A stretch of 64,000 nucleotides of DNA from Octopus bimaculoides (lineage: Eukaryota): NCBI RefSeq assembly GCF_001194135.2, contig NC_068991.1, forward strand, positions 26,074,615-26,138,614. The letters are read 5' to 3'. This document shows, one piece after another, positions 26,022 through 39,200 of the stretch (positions are counted from its first letter, which is position 1; each line of letters starts with the position of its first letter). The position numbers were made by a program, and so were the translations under genes. The notes below the pieces were generated by a model. The model did not search any database. It saw only the letters and a list, made by a program, of their open reading frames with translations, and had not been told where the DNA came from.

Positions 26022-27964
26022 TGTGTGTTTGCGTGTGTATATAAAAATATATAAGGATATTAGTGTTAATAATTTAAAACAATATCAGTGGCTAGCATGC
26101 GTAAAAGAAACATAAAGGCAAAATTATCAATTAATAATGAAGGGTACTACTAGTAGCACAAGCATGCTAAAGATAGCAGTCAAAGCGACGCAAAAGCATA
26201 ATTTTCACTTGTACATAAGGGCGAAATCGAGGGGACAAGCAATAAAAATTTAAGACATATATGTCAAAGTAAGTTCCAAGAATGAAGGTGTATTAGAAAA
26301 ACTTTCAGGAACAAAAGAGGTTTATTGACGTGAAGCTGAAAACAGTTATTTTATAGTTCATAGTTAGCAGCTGGTGTTGCTGTGTATGCAAATAAACATC
26401 CCAAATTAGGGAATAGTAGACAGCCAATCTTACAGAATTTTATCCCTGTCTAGCAGTAAGGAAATATTCGAGCAATACGCTGAATATTATAACTGCACCC
26501 TACAACGCATCCGATATAAAAATCGGATCAAATACATTCCTATATGGAGCATCCCTCCAACTAAACTCGGCACCATAGATATATCTGCGCCTTCAGATAA
26601 AACACGAATTATCTCCCATATTCTACCGCCCCTCTATCGTTCAAAATTTTACAGTAGTAGAAAACCTAATAGGCATTCCTCTCACCCTGTGATCCTGGAT
26701 CTCGAATCCGCCGCAGCCCATCGAAGTCAACATTAGTGTGCACATCCATACTTCAAGCTATACTCGGGTAACCCTCTTAACGGACGAGGACACACGCCGT
26801 TATTTGGTAAAATCCCACTTTGCCCTCAATGTTCAGATCAGAGTACCAAAATACTTTTTCTCCACACATAAGAACGGAAATGGTGTTTCAAGAGGTCACA
26901 GATGCGTGACGAAAGATTTCGGGACAATGGCCATGAGTTAAAATAAGAACATTAATAAACGAGTGAAGAACGAATATATAGTGCGTGTGATTATATGATA
27001 TTAAAAAAAATACTATCCCAAAATACAGCAATATTTAAATACAGTTTTTCAGTAAATGTACAGAGTAAACTAAAATAAAAGAAAAAAAACAACAAAATGA
27101 ACATGAGATTTTAGTTGAAATTCTTTGCTGCTATTACTTAACGTGGCAGTCTGTACTTTTACTCATGTGATAGGATCGATATGAATACTAGAGTAATGTT
27201 TATATTGCTTGAAATGAAAAAAATATATGAAAGTAATAAGGGTTGATGAATGAATGATTGTTATGTAACTATATTATGAAATTTGCATGTAATTGATATA
27301 ATCCCTCCCGCAGCAGTTGTAGTTTCGGTTGGTAATATACATATAAAACGTAAACTTGCTCTTAGTATGTAATTATCCGTGAATTTCAAATATTTGACTT
27401 TAGAAATGGAAAGGCAAATGAATAAATGAAATAAAGCATATTGAATTGGATGAAGACGTTTCTCGGAATATATGCTATGTTTTCATTGGTACATGGATTG
27501 ACACTCTGAGCTGTACAGGGAAGTTATTATATCTATATTCTGTTAATCTTTGATAAAACCAAATGGAATTGAAATATTGAAAGAAGCGAATTGAGCAGCA
27601 GTTGAAAAGTGGATATGAATGGGCATGATATGAAATTTTTCATATTTTATTAGTAGTTAAATAATTGTATGCCTGATACTGTGTAGATAAATAATATACA
27701 CACGCACACACGTATATAAAATATGTGTTTGTGTGTATGCGTATATATGTATGCGTATGTATATATAAGAGTGTGCATGTGCGCGTGTGTGCGTGTGTAT
27801 GTATGTGTGCGTGTGTGTGTGTATGTGTGTGTGTGTCTGAGAGTGTAATGATATGTAATTTCATGATCCAAGGATCTAGGTGCAGAAAGTTAGTAAGGTT
27901 CGAGCAGTCCATGGTAGGAATAATAAACAACTTTTCGAACAATAATAGATTATTAGCGTAACAT

Positions 27965-28530
27965 TTAGAGAAAAATTTGTAGTTTTCTCTAATTTAGAGA
28001 AACAAATATAGTTTTAGAATCAGTAGTTCTTTGGCTGCTGTTTCTGAATTCTCAGTATGTTGGAGAAGCAGGTTACTGCTAATTCCCTATATATTTATGA
28101 TTATAAATGGCTTTACCGAAAAGGTTTTTTCATACTGAGCTACACGGCTAAATTGTTAATTATTAATTTTTATTACTAATTGACGATTCCCTGCCCTGTA
28201 TATTTATATTTTAGTAGTACCTCTAAGATGGTCAGCTAAACCGCAACAGGTCGTACGGGACTTTTTTCTATGCGGGACTATTTATGATACACACTGAATT
28301 GAATTCATTAGTGTCCGATAAATTTCTTAATGTCTGCCTTGATGTCGCATGGTCAAAATTAACGTGAGTTATTTAGACATTGGCAAATTTATTAAAATAT
28401 GTGTACCATGAATATCGCTATCAATTAGAGAAAAATTTGTAGTTTTAGAATCAGTAGTTCTTTGGCTGCTGTTTCTGAATTCTCAGTATTTTGGAGAAGC
28501 AGGTTACTGATAATTCCCTATATATTTATG

Positions 28531-28533
<3 letters not shown>
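27965..28533 (+). repeat. About 110-bp direct repeats flanking a hammerhead-like core; possible PLE pseudo-LTR remnant
   Basis: TAGTTTTAGAATCAGTAGTTCTTTGGCTGCTG...CCCTATATATTTATGATTAT occurs at about 28006-28103 and 28439-28533. Confidence 0.5.
28217..28256 (+). ncRNA. Degenerate minimal type-I hammerhead ribozyme motif
   Basis: gtac-CTCTAAGA-t-ggt(cagctaa)acc-GCAAC-ag-GTC-gtac. Stems I and II pair. The core deviates from CTGANGA and GAAAC, so it is probably inactive. Confidence 0.4.
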
Positions 28534-28604
<71 letters not shown>

Positions 28605-29162
28605 AACCTATCTGCCTGTCTGTCTATCTGTCTGTCTCCCAAAAACAACTAGACATTTTAAACTTTCTAAATTGTTGAACCTTTGAACATTGAAAATTCA
28701 AAAAGAAAAGAAAAAAATCTTCCGGGGTTTTTTCAACCGAGGATTTCCAAAGATCTCCTCACTGTTCACTTTTCATATAATATCTTTATATTAATACTTC
28801 TGCTCGTCGTTAGCTTTTCATTTTAATTTCGATTTTTTAATTTCATTTTCTAATTTTTTAAGAAAGTTTTTTTTAATATTGTTCATTTTCTGTTTTAAGT
28901 TGTTCCATTTTTCATTTTGTTAGTTCTCCACGGTTTCTTCTTCATTCCTCAATTCTACCATCTTTCACTCTTAGCCTTTGGTTTCCACATCGATGAGTCG
29001 CTAACCCAAAAGTATCACTTCCTCTACCTGTTGCTTCTTTCCTCTTAGCTAAGCTTTACTTCTCTTAGAAAAGCACCTCTTCTCACCAGCCTTCTACGGC
29101 GCCACCTTGTTATCTCTCGGTACTAGACTTAGAATAAACTCATTTTTGTGGTGATGTGGATT

Positions 29163-29600
29163 TTATGTTATAACTTGTCTTGTTAATGATTTTTTCCTAA
29201 CTAAATGTGTACTATTACACGTGCCATTAACTTGGAAAATTGTACGTAGGAGGATAATTATAGCATTAGTTTTGAACGCTAATATATGAGATGGCAAACC
29301 CGAAACCGTTAGTGTATTTATGTTTTCTCTGGTGAATTCTGAATGGTCATCCTGTTGCGAACATCGGTAATGGCTAAACGAAAACATTTCTGGAAATAGT
29401 TTTATCATTTCCTCATTGATTAGCCCAACATCGACATTTTTTGGTGCCAAAGCTGCAATTCTTGAAAGTGCTTCTGGCTTCACAAACCATTTCTATGAGA
29501 TTTCTACTAAATCATAAACAATGTTGCATCCTTGGAATATAATAATTCCACTATTTGCTTCTACTACTACCAAAATACTTCCTTAGAAGGACTACGCATT
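29163..29600 (-). mobile_element. Helitron PIF1-like helicase fragment
   Basis: ALAPKNVDVGLINEE...ENINTLTVSGLPSHILAFKTNAIIILLRTI...GTCNSTHL matches the helicase motif ILAPKN...SGLPPH.L.LK.G..IMLLRN...GLCNGTRL. Confidence 0.8.
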
Positions 29601-31002
29601 TTAAACGGAATTCTTTAAATTCTAACCGTCTGAATTCTGTGAATAAGATTTTAGTCGCACTTTTTCTAACAGCCATATTCTGTTTTTACGTTTCCTTAAA
29701 TAATTATTGAAACTACTGCGCCTCCTATCTGCGAAGAGTTTTTTTCTTAATTTAAAGGAAATGCTTTTGTTGGGGACTTTTTCAAATGAAAATGAAATTC
29801 ATTCTATATTCATATGCAGAGGAAAAATAAAACAAAACAGAAAGTGGGAGGGAGTAACGAAAGGGAGAAATATAAAAAAACATGGAGTGATTGACCCGCA
29901 TATCAACGGCGGGGGAAGCAGATATTTTGAGAAACGCAAAACTACTATCTTTGTTTGATTCCTCGCTCACCCCTAAAAGAGGACTGGTAACAATATGCGT
30001 AAAATGGTGATGGAAGCGTCACGCAAATGCATATAGGTGATAGAATTTGCGATGGTGTTAAACGGGAGAAAATAAGAGTTAGAAAATAGAACAAGCAAAT
30101 CGCTTACCTTCATTTAAGGATAAAGATAAAATGCATAGCAAAAGCTTAATGTGGGTTTATTTGGTCCCTAAAAGATAGAAACACTACTAGCATTAACGTT
30201 GAATAGTAAATAATAAGCGAGGCAGGGCTTATTATGTAAAACCAATGAAATTAATGTCCAGAAGAACTATTCTATATTTTGAAGTCTAAGCACCAGTTAA
30301 TGAATAATAAGCATGAACTACCAGTAACATGTCCGCGCAGTTAGAGAAGAGCTTTCAAATATTACTATAGAAGGATTTTAAAGTAAGCACCACGTACATA
30401 AGAGATGCTACAGTTTACATGATAAATGTCAGTGTAACGTGTAGTTTGACTACATCTTTGTAGTAATTAGCATTCTTTATATGTAAAGCTCCAAATATGA
30501 AATAACTTACTATATATCGAGTAGAACGGTTTCTACATGTAGATTTAAACTTGATTTACTTTAACAAAAATTAGGATTGGACTTACAAGTAAGTTCTACA
30601 TATGTCATATTTATGAATTATATCTGACTCAATGATTCGTAATTGCACACATATATCTCTGAAACTCCATAATTTGTACTTCACTTCAGGTCAGTGGTTG
30701 AAATACACTTAGATCTGATGTAGGATCTAGTATTCATGATTCGAAATTCAAACCTAGTGACATTATAGGGTTAAATCTGCATTTTGAAGAATCGTGGGAA
30801 CGTAAGACGTAAGACGTAAGACGTATTTCAGAAGTATTTTTGAGAAGATATCTAACTATTCGATGAGATGTGCTCGTCATGGTTACTACGAAACTTTGAG
30901 ACATATAGAAATGAATCTGACAATTATTAAGAACTATCTGTAACTGCTATAATGTGTGCTGAGTGATAGTTTCTTTCTTTTGCTCACTCACTAGTATTTG
31001 TG

Positions 31003-31085
<83 letters not shown>

Positions 31086-31340
31086 ATATATATATATATA
31101 TATGTTTATATATACATATNNNNNNNNNNNNNNNNNNNNNNNNNNNNNNNNNNNNNNNNNNNNNNNNNNNNNNNNNNNNNNNNNNNNNNNNNNNNNNNNN
31201 NNNNNNNNNNNNNNNNNNNNNNNNNNNNNNNNNNNNNNNNNNNNNNNNNNNNNNNNNNNNNNNNNNNNNNNNNNNNNNNNNNNNNNNNNNNNNNNNNNNN
31301 NNNNNNNNNNNNNNGAATATATATGAGTGATAGTACCATA

Positions 31341-31730
31341 CAAGGGTGCTATATGAGCATCTGCAGTGCTAAAATTGGAGGTCAATTATACTTCTTTGCC
31401 ACGGAAACCTCACACACTTAATACAAGAATGATAGGAAACAATTCCAGTGAGCAATAAAATTGTCTTACCTCTGTAACGTCAGCAAAAGTAATGCTGGTT
31501 AGTTTGATATAATGACTTTGAATTTAGTGCTAAACGGTGCCTGATTCACGTCAGCTAAACTGCCAGCTAATGACTCCTAAAATGCTTCCCCAGAATGCTT
31601 GCAAATTCGTTTGAAGTGAGCAAACATCACTTAAACAAGCGAAATACATGAAATTATTTATAAGTAATTATGAGAGTGATAGTACTATCAAAGTATCTTT
31701 AGCGATGCAGGTGCTCATGTAGTACCCTTG
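31341..31730. mobile_element. MITE with about 33-bp TIRs and TA target duplication (Tc1/mariner type)
   Basis: Left end TA|CAAGGGTGCTATATGAGCATCTGCAGTGCTAAA; right end TTTAGCGATGCAGGTGCTCATGTAGTACCCTTG|TA. No ORF inside. Confidence 0.75.
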
Positions 31731-31738
31731 TATGTATG

Positions 31739-31795
<57 letters not shown>

Positions 31796-32619
31796 AATAA
31801 GAAAATGGAGAGGAGGATATAAAATCGACACACATCAGCCAGTAAACATTCCATTGTATATATTTATTAAATGATCACAAACAAGTGTTTATGTGGTACA
31901 AGTAAATGAATGTGATCAGCCAATGAATACGTAAACAAATATATATAGAGAGAGATGAATAAATAATAATAGACGAGTGTACATGTACAAATCTCTTACG
32001 GCTGTTTCTACCATGAGGCCTCAGAATCTTCCAAATCATCCTCATCACATCAGTGATAGGCAAGGATGAACAAACATTGGCCAAAGATTGGGTAATGGTT
32101 GAGCCTGAAGGCTACTTCCGAGTGTACAAATGTTAGGAAACTAACATGAGGGAAATTCAGTTAAAATAATAGAGTAGGGTAAATAAGATAAGATAGAGTA
32201 AAATAGGTAAAAAAAGAAATAATATAAAGGTTAGAGGCTAAACGCTATTTAATAGATGTAGCAATATTAAATGAGTTGGTCGAAATAACTTAAATTAAAG
32301 CTGTTAGGGGAAAATTAATACATTAGTACATTAATGAAAGAAAAGCTGGGTAAAACCTTAGTGCGATATTAATATTTGTTAGTTATTGGCCGAAAACTAA
32401 TCCCAATACTCTTATGCGTAGTGGGGTGAGGTCAAAGTCAACCCTACAACTTAATATATATATATATANNNNNNNNNNNNNNNNNNNNNNNNNNNNNNNN
32501 NNNNNNNNNNNNNNNNNNNNNNNNNNNNNNNNNNNNNNNNNNNNNNNNNNNNNNNNNNNNNNNNNNNNNNNNNNNNNNNNNNNNNNNNNNNNNNNNNNNN
32601 NNNNNNNNNNNNNNNNNNN

Positions 32620-32655
<36 letters not shown>

Positions 32656-33219
32656 TAATCCAATAACAACAATACAAAGTATGTAGCCCTTAAAACGGTT
32701 TTTGTGCAATTACAGAGAATACCGAACTGTCTTACACAGGATCTTGCTTTTAGGAATTCCCAATAATTTACGAATACCCAAACTGTGAAGTCAGTTATGT
32801 AATAACATGAAATTAGTTACCCGAGAATAAGAATTCAAATAAAGCAGCCCCGAAAAGGGCTTTAATGCGTTCCCAGAGTATATAGAACATAGGAGGAAAT
32901 ATTAATATGATATGTATACTAAAATCGAGAAGCATGTTACGTAATAACAGGCGTGTCATATATGAGATAAAAATTCAAAGTAAATAAGTCTGAAAATGGC
33001 TTTTGTGTGTTCCCAGAGAATATTAACCTCAGAGGCGCTAATGTTGGTCTATTCGTGAAAAAGTCACTAACCGAAATAAGTGGATCTATTGTTTAGGAAA
33101 ATACTATTTACTTGTTTAAGGATGGTACTGGATAAATTGCGAAAATAACTCTAACAGATCAAATGTTAAGGAATAAGTATGCTCAATTTCATTTTTACTG
33201 AACAATTTAGGAAAATGAA

Positions 33220-33480
33220 TGGGTTATTTCCCTTGGCTATATATAAGGATCCCTTTCCGGGGTGAATGGCTTATTTCCCTTGTTTTTTTTAAATAAAATA
33301 TATTAGATGTATATAAGGATCCCCTCCAGGGGCCATATTATCGATTTTTCAACAGAGTATGTCCTGAGGTTTCCAGACATAAGTTCTACTCACGTGTCGA
33401 GTTTCATCAAAATCGATAAAACAATGTAGGAGGAGTTAGCTAACAACTCCACAAACACACCTACAGACATATGTAGTAGA
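33220..33480 (+). mobile_element. Possible Helentron-associated non-autonomous (HINE/DINE-like) element
   Basis: Internal tandem subrepeat (TTATTTCCCTTG...TATATAAGGATCCC x2) and GAGTTTCATCAAAATCG...GGAGGAGTT followed by a CA-type microsatellite, a layout I recall from HINE/DINE ends. Confidence 0.3.
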
Positions 33481-33487
33481 TGTACAA

Positions 33488-33530
<43 letters not shown>

Positions 33531-35099
33531 CACACAAGTCTTTGCTCAAAACTGATATCGGTAAGTTTGTAACTTTTCTTAATACCAGTCCGTAGCGACT
33601 ATGAACGAGTAATATAGCTAACTCCTCGCAAAGGATATTTCAAAATTGTATGATTGATGAAAATTTCAATATCGCTGCACTGCAGAATTTATATATTCTC
33701 ACGAGCATATTTTAGATAGGAATTGATTGTTTGATTGTCCCACGTCTATATATATATGTATATCCTTGCTAAACAATGATAATATTTAATCTATCTTAGG
33801 AATTTCTAAACAAATATATGAAATTTATTACGATTAAATATTCACATATATGATGTATTTCATGCATATGCCATCACGTTCATACACACAGACACACACG
33901 CACGTACACTCACACGCCCACATACACACACATATACATAAACCCTACAGACACACTCACATAAAGAAACACGCTTTCACGAACTCAAAAGCGCATACGC
34001 ACAAGCGTACACATATATATGTACATACATTGCTATCATCCAAGCATCCATCTATCCATGTATCCATCCACACATATATACATACGAACGTATGTACGTA
34101 GACACACAAACACACATGCACATATACACACTCACAGACACAAACACACACACACACATAGATATATTGTAAATAGAATTATATGACTTCACCGTATATT
34201 AACTACCGAAAATAATGTAATATAAAGACATATTATCGCCGTTACAGAAAATGATTGGATGTCAGTAAGCATGTATTTGGTTTCGACGCTTACTTATGCT
34301 CATTTTGTTTCCATTACGCCGTAATGATTACCATGCCCTAATATAAGACTGTTTTCTGTAGCCAATATACGGTGAAAGCTAATAATTTTCTGATAAATAT
34401 ATATATATATATATATATATAGTAAATCCCCAAAAGAAGAACAAACACAAAAAATCAACAACGCAAGGGTGTATATTTATGTACATTTTTTTTATTTATG
34501 TATATATACGNNNNNNNNNNNNNNNNNNNNNNNNNNNNNNNNNNNNNNNNNNNNNNNNNNNNNNNNNNNNNNNNNNNNNNNNNNNNNNNNNNNNNNNNNN
34601 NNNNNNNNNNNNNNNNNNNNNNNNNNNNNNNNNNNNNNNNNNNNNNNNNNNNNNNNNNNNNNNNNNNNNNNNNNNNNNNNNNNNNNNNNNNNNNNNNNNN
34701 NNNNNNNNNNNNNNNNNNNNNNNNNNNNNNNNNNNNNNNNNNNNNNNNNNNNNNNNNNNNNNNNNNNNNNNNNNNNNNNNNNNNTATGTGTATACATACA
34801 TACATACATGTGTATGTATTTGTAGGTATGTATTAATGTATGTGTAGAAGTATGTCTCCCTTGTGCGAAGTGAAGTGTTTGTGTATATGGTCATGTGTTT
34901 CAGTTTTCATTTGTTTATGTGTGTATATGTGTACTTGTCTTTTCATATATACTATGTACCTATCCCTCTGTATGTCTATCTGTTTACTTTCGTATCCATA
35001 TACCTACATACATGTGCTTATACATATACACCCACCCACAGACAAACATGCATACATATATCAATATAACAACCCAGTAACTCTTCTACCTGGATATAA

Positions 35100-35709
35100 A
35101 TATAAACTGTGAGTATCAGGGTATGATTATCTACTATGTATATTTCCTATTTTGTATTGGGGATGTTTCATTTACGAGGACGTACCTCTATATTTGTCTG
35201 AGTGTTGGGTCCTTTGAGTGTTTGGATAAGATGCGGATGTCAAATTGACCCAGGTTGCCTCCATGTTGATCCTTGGCATTTTGGTAGAGTATGGAGGACT
35301 CCTTTTTGTCGTCATATTGTGTCAAATGGTCATTTAGGTGTTCCACAATGCTCCTAGATGTCTCCCCTATGTATGTAAATTTCATGTCTTTACAAGCACC
35401 TTCTATGCATCCTATGCCGTGACTACATTTCAAGTTCTACCGTTAATGCCATGGCTAATCCTAAATACCATGCAGCTATCATTGGTGCATATGGTATTCT
35501 CAAAGGGTTACATCCTACACAGTTGTCATCTCATTGAGTTCCGTGGCTTTTCAACAACCTTAATGTTCAGTTCGGTCTCCTTCCGAGCTTTCCTAAATCT
35601 ATGGGCTAGTTCTCCATGGGCTGTGGCCTCTATAAACATCACTCCTTGATGTTTATCAGTTTTGTACCACGTGTTCACCCTGTTTGCTTCGTCACAAGCG
35701 AAAGAAATA
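35100..35709 (-). mobile_element. Penelope-like element 3' fragment (linker and GIY-YIG) of a different subgroup
   Basis: GVMFIEATAHGELAHRFRK...IKVVEKP; Cys cluster CTNDSC; GCIEGAC...TYIGETSRSIVEHLNDH; DPTLRQI. Confidence 0.8.
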
Positions 35710-35853
35710 TCTTCATTTATATAGAATCTCAAAAATAAAATGGCGGTGACAAAAAGAGAAACGAACACGTAGAGATACGTCAAAGAAATTGTTATGTTCG
35801 TATCTCTTTTTGTCTTTTGCAATTTTGTTTTTGATCTTCTATATATATGAAGA
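35710..35853. repeat. About 58-bp inverted repeat (hairpin) at the 5' junction of the PLE fragment
   Basis: 35710-35767 (TCTTCATTTATATAGAA...GACAAAAAGAGAAACGAACA) pairs with 35795-35853. Confidence 0.85.
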
Positions 35854-36181
35854 TTTTTCCTCCACCTGGCTGTTTTTCTCTCTATAAAACTGAAAGTTAC
35901 ATTGTGGAACAGTCATTTTAACGAGTTGTATTTATTTATTTATCCCCCGAAGTGGTAAAGCATCTGCACGACTGGTTGCTCCTGAACCAGTTGTGGTTTG
36001 TCCCACCCAAGAGGAATCGATGCTCGATGTGTCGAAACAATTCTCGTGATTAATAATAAATTGTCGTATAATCTATCTTATGTATTTCATTTTCCAAGTC
36101 TCTGATGTTGTTGAGTGCCATGAAAGTTTTACCTGTAGGAGGGGTGTATGAGAGTTTCAGTGTATCCTTTTTTCTGAAGTG

Positions 36182-36221
<40 letters not shown>

Positions 36222-36399
36222 GTTTACTCCCTATTTTGAAACACTTATAATTTATTTATCAACTATAATGTTTTTCTTAAATTTGTTGTGTATGTTCTTT
36301 TATGTGTAGGTATTGATTCTACGTTGTTTTTTGTTTTTTTTTCAAATCGATTATTTTTTTTGAAATTTAAAAGCCCTACAAACTTGGTCTGATCACTTT

Positions 36400-36995
36400 T
36401 AAAATATCCTCTGGAGTGATGAAACTGTATTCCACATCAGTGGATTTGTGAAACATCTCATCTGCCACTACTGGGCAGTAGATCTTCGTATTATCTCTGA
36501 ACAAATGCAGAATCGGCCCAAAGTAACGGTATGGTGTGCAATGACATCGGACAGGATTGGCGGGGCACTTCATCCTTTGCAATACTATCAAAGCTGAAAC
36601 GTACATCACCATGCTGCAAGATGAAATTTGGCCAGCTATCAGTACTTGGGAGAATATTGCAAATTCGATTTTTATGCAAGATGACGTTGCTCCATATTTT
36701 GCTATTGTTTCTCGTGAATAGCTGAATACCCACTTCCCTGAGAGATGAGTCGTCAAGGTCCGCATGATTGGCCGGCCAGAAGCTGTGATTTAACACCCTG
36801 CGACTTTTTTCTTTGACGTTGGTTAAAGAAACAAGTCTACCAAACCAGCGACTTTGGAAGAACTTGAATGTCGAATACGAGAAGTTATGTCTTCCATCCT
36901 ATTTTTACAATTCATCTTGATGAAATCAGTTGATGCATTTCCCGAACGGCTTCAGGAGCAGGTGGCGAACGCTGGTGCCTATACTGAATTTTAAA
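36400..36995 (+). mobile_element. Tc1/mariner transposase remnant, DD41D (rosa-type) catalytic domain
   Basis: SDETVFHISG...PKVTVWC...FMQD...GRQGPHDWPARSCDLTPCDFFL. Spacing from the second D to the third D is 41 residues after correcting one frameshift. Confidence 0.8.
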
Positions 36996-37644
36996 TAAAA
37001 CTCCATGTTATACGCTTTCTTTACATATTGCTTTTTTCTAAAAAATATAGTTAATAGATTTTGTCATGACATTCCCACAGATTACGGTGGCCACACACAT
37101 GATAGAAGATAGACCGTGAATGGATTAGGAACAAACCCAGTCTGACGATTAATGCTAGATTAAGGAAACATAAAAATATGACACGGATACTAACAGTATT
37201 ATATACAAACCCTTATACAAGAACACAAGATATACATGCACATAATAAAGATGGAATGAAGAACAGGAGAAAAATGAATACATAAACAGATAAATAAATA
37301 AAAGATACAAGTGCAAAGGCACAAAAGATACACATAAAAAAAACACATGGACACACGCATACAGACGTAAACGCCTGCGCATATAGAGATACATATTACA
37401 GGAGGATAAAATTGAATAAGGGGTACAAGACGAGATACGTGTGACAGAATCTCAGTAAAGATTTCACAGAATGTGTAAGGAAAGAACTTTGAAAAACGTA
37501 TGAGCTGAATGTAATACGAATAAAAAGTAAAGTGAAGAAATTGGCAAAAATTAAACAATAAGAAATATGACCCTCACCAAGTATAGCAATCAATACTTTG
37601 CAAAACACACAAAGATACACACATACATCTTTTATCTGTTACTG

Positions 37645-37790
37645 AGTTTCATTTAATGTACGGCGGCCATGCTGGGGTACCTTCCTTGAAGTGGCCTAGT
37701 CGTACAAATTGACACTTGTTCTTATTTTTTAAAACTGGTATATGTTCAATCAAGCTGTTTTACGAACCATAACGTGACTATAACATAAAC
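37645..37790 (+). mobile_element. SINE-like repeat fragment
   Basis: GCGGCCATGCTGGGGTACC...TTGAAG...TAGTCGTACAAATTGAC resembles a common octopus repeat (recall only). Confidence 0.4.
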
Positions 37791-39200
37791 TACCCAATAC
37801 CGATTATCAAGCATTAATAGTTGAGAGACACAGACACTAATAACACACAGATGCACACATACACACATATGCACAAACACGCACACACACGTACACCTCA
37901 CTCACATATATTTTTAAATATATTCAAGTGTATCTTTGGATACTACAAGTGGTCAACACGACTCGTTTCTTTGTCATGTTTGAAAAGGTCTTGCACAATA
38001 TTTTGGTGAATGATAACTTTTCGTAGCCTGTGTACTTCGTACACATTACAAAAGAAAAAAAAAACAACACATTACTGCTGCATGAATATGGTTGCCAATA
38101 ATTTCAGAAATATAAACGCTAATAAATGAGTGTAGAATATATAATTTGGGAGAAATTCAAAACTATTTTCGCTAGGTATTCCCTGATTGATGGAAAAACT
38201 TTAATAGGAAAGAAAAACGTGATATAACCAGTTAGATTTGGCGGTTTACCGAGTTTCAATATTGCTAATATATAGTAACACATTTGTGAAGCTATATCAG
38301 TTACATTAGAAATATTGGAAATGAGGTTGCAGCTTGTCTTGGACACTTCTTTCTTGTGAACTCATATTGCTTGTCCTTACTGCTTAAGACAATATATTTT
38401 TCACCATAAAATTGACAGTGGTGAAACTGCGAATTTTATGCATTCATTTAAAACTTCAGTCGTTATTCAAGAGTTGCACTGAGTTGAGAAGACGTAGAAA
38501 ATTATAGTCTTCGACGTATCATTGGGCTTTTATGACAGCGCTGGTGTATCTAATCTCGTCGATCTATACGTACTTAAACAGCATAAAAGGAAAATGTTTT
38601 ATTAAATTTACTTGTACAATAACTCAGATTAGTTCTATCATGCAGGTTCGGAGACCATATACTTAAAACGACCTGGGGTTGAGAATTACTTTAGCTATAT
38701 AATATTACTTTATACATCTGTCACTGAACTTAGAATGACGTAATACCTGACACTTTCAGAAGTCAAACGACAGACCCTTGTATATTAGAAAGCAATCTTT
38801 TTCTCTTCATTGAGTAAAGATAATCCTCCAATATCAGTAGAATATGTGTTCTTTCTTCATCTAGGGAACTATTTGATGGAACGAACTCTAATCAATAGTG
38901 ACTTTATGAACTTTCTCTACACACCACGCACCCAAGAGTCCCAATATTGGGAGAAACTCAATATGAACATCTGGTGCACACAAAATGTTAACTAAATTTG
39001 GAGAGAAACGTAAATAAGAAATTCCTGGCCTTTAAGACAGGCATTTCCTACATGTACACACATACACGTAAAATATTCAAAGGAATGATATTTTTCTCAT
39101 GTTTATTGAAGGTATTTCATGCACAGTGGTGCAATTGTACAGAAATTAATATTGTTGTCAACTATTTGTCAACTATTTCACAATAGCATGCGAAGAAATA

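Noticed and set aside
26440-26940. Possible I-group LINE 3' end (GHTPLFGKIPLCPQC)
   Set aside because: Only a CxxC and a vague context; too weak to call.
27965-28533. Direct repeats as a CRISPR array
   Set aside because: Only two long repeats, no regular spacers, no cas genes, and a eukaryotic context.
28740-29120. Coiled-coil-like E/K-rich minus-strand frame
   Set aside because: Multiple stops and compositional bias; at most an unidentifiable TE ORF1 remnant.
35400-35540. In-frame TGA codons as selenocysteine in the PLE
   Set aside because: They do not fall at expected Cys positions, a TAA and a frameshift lie alongside, and CGA-to-TGA decay explains them.
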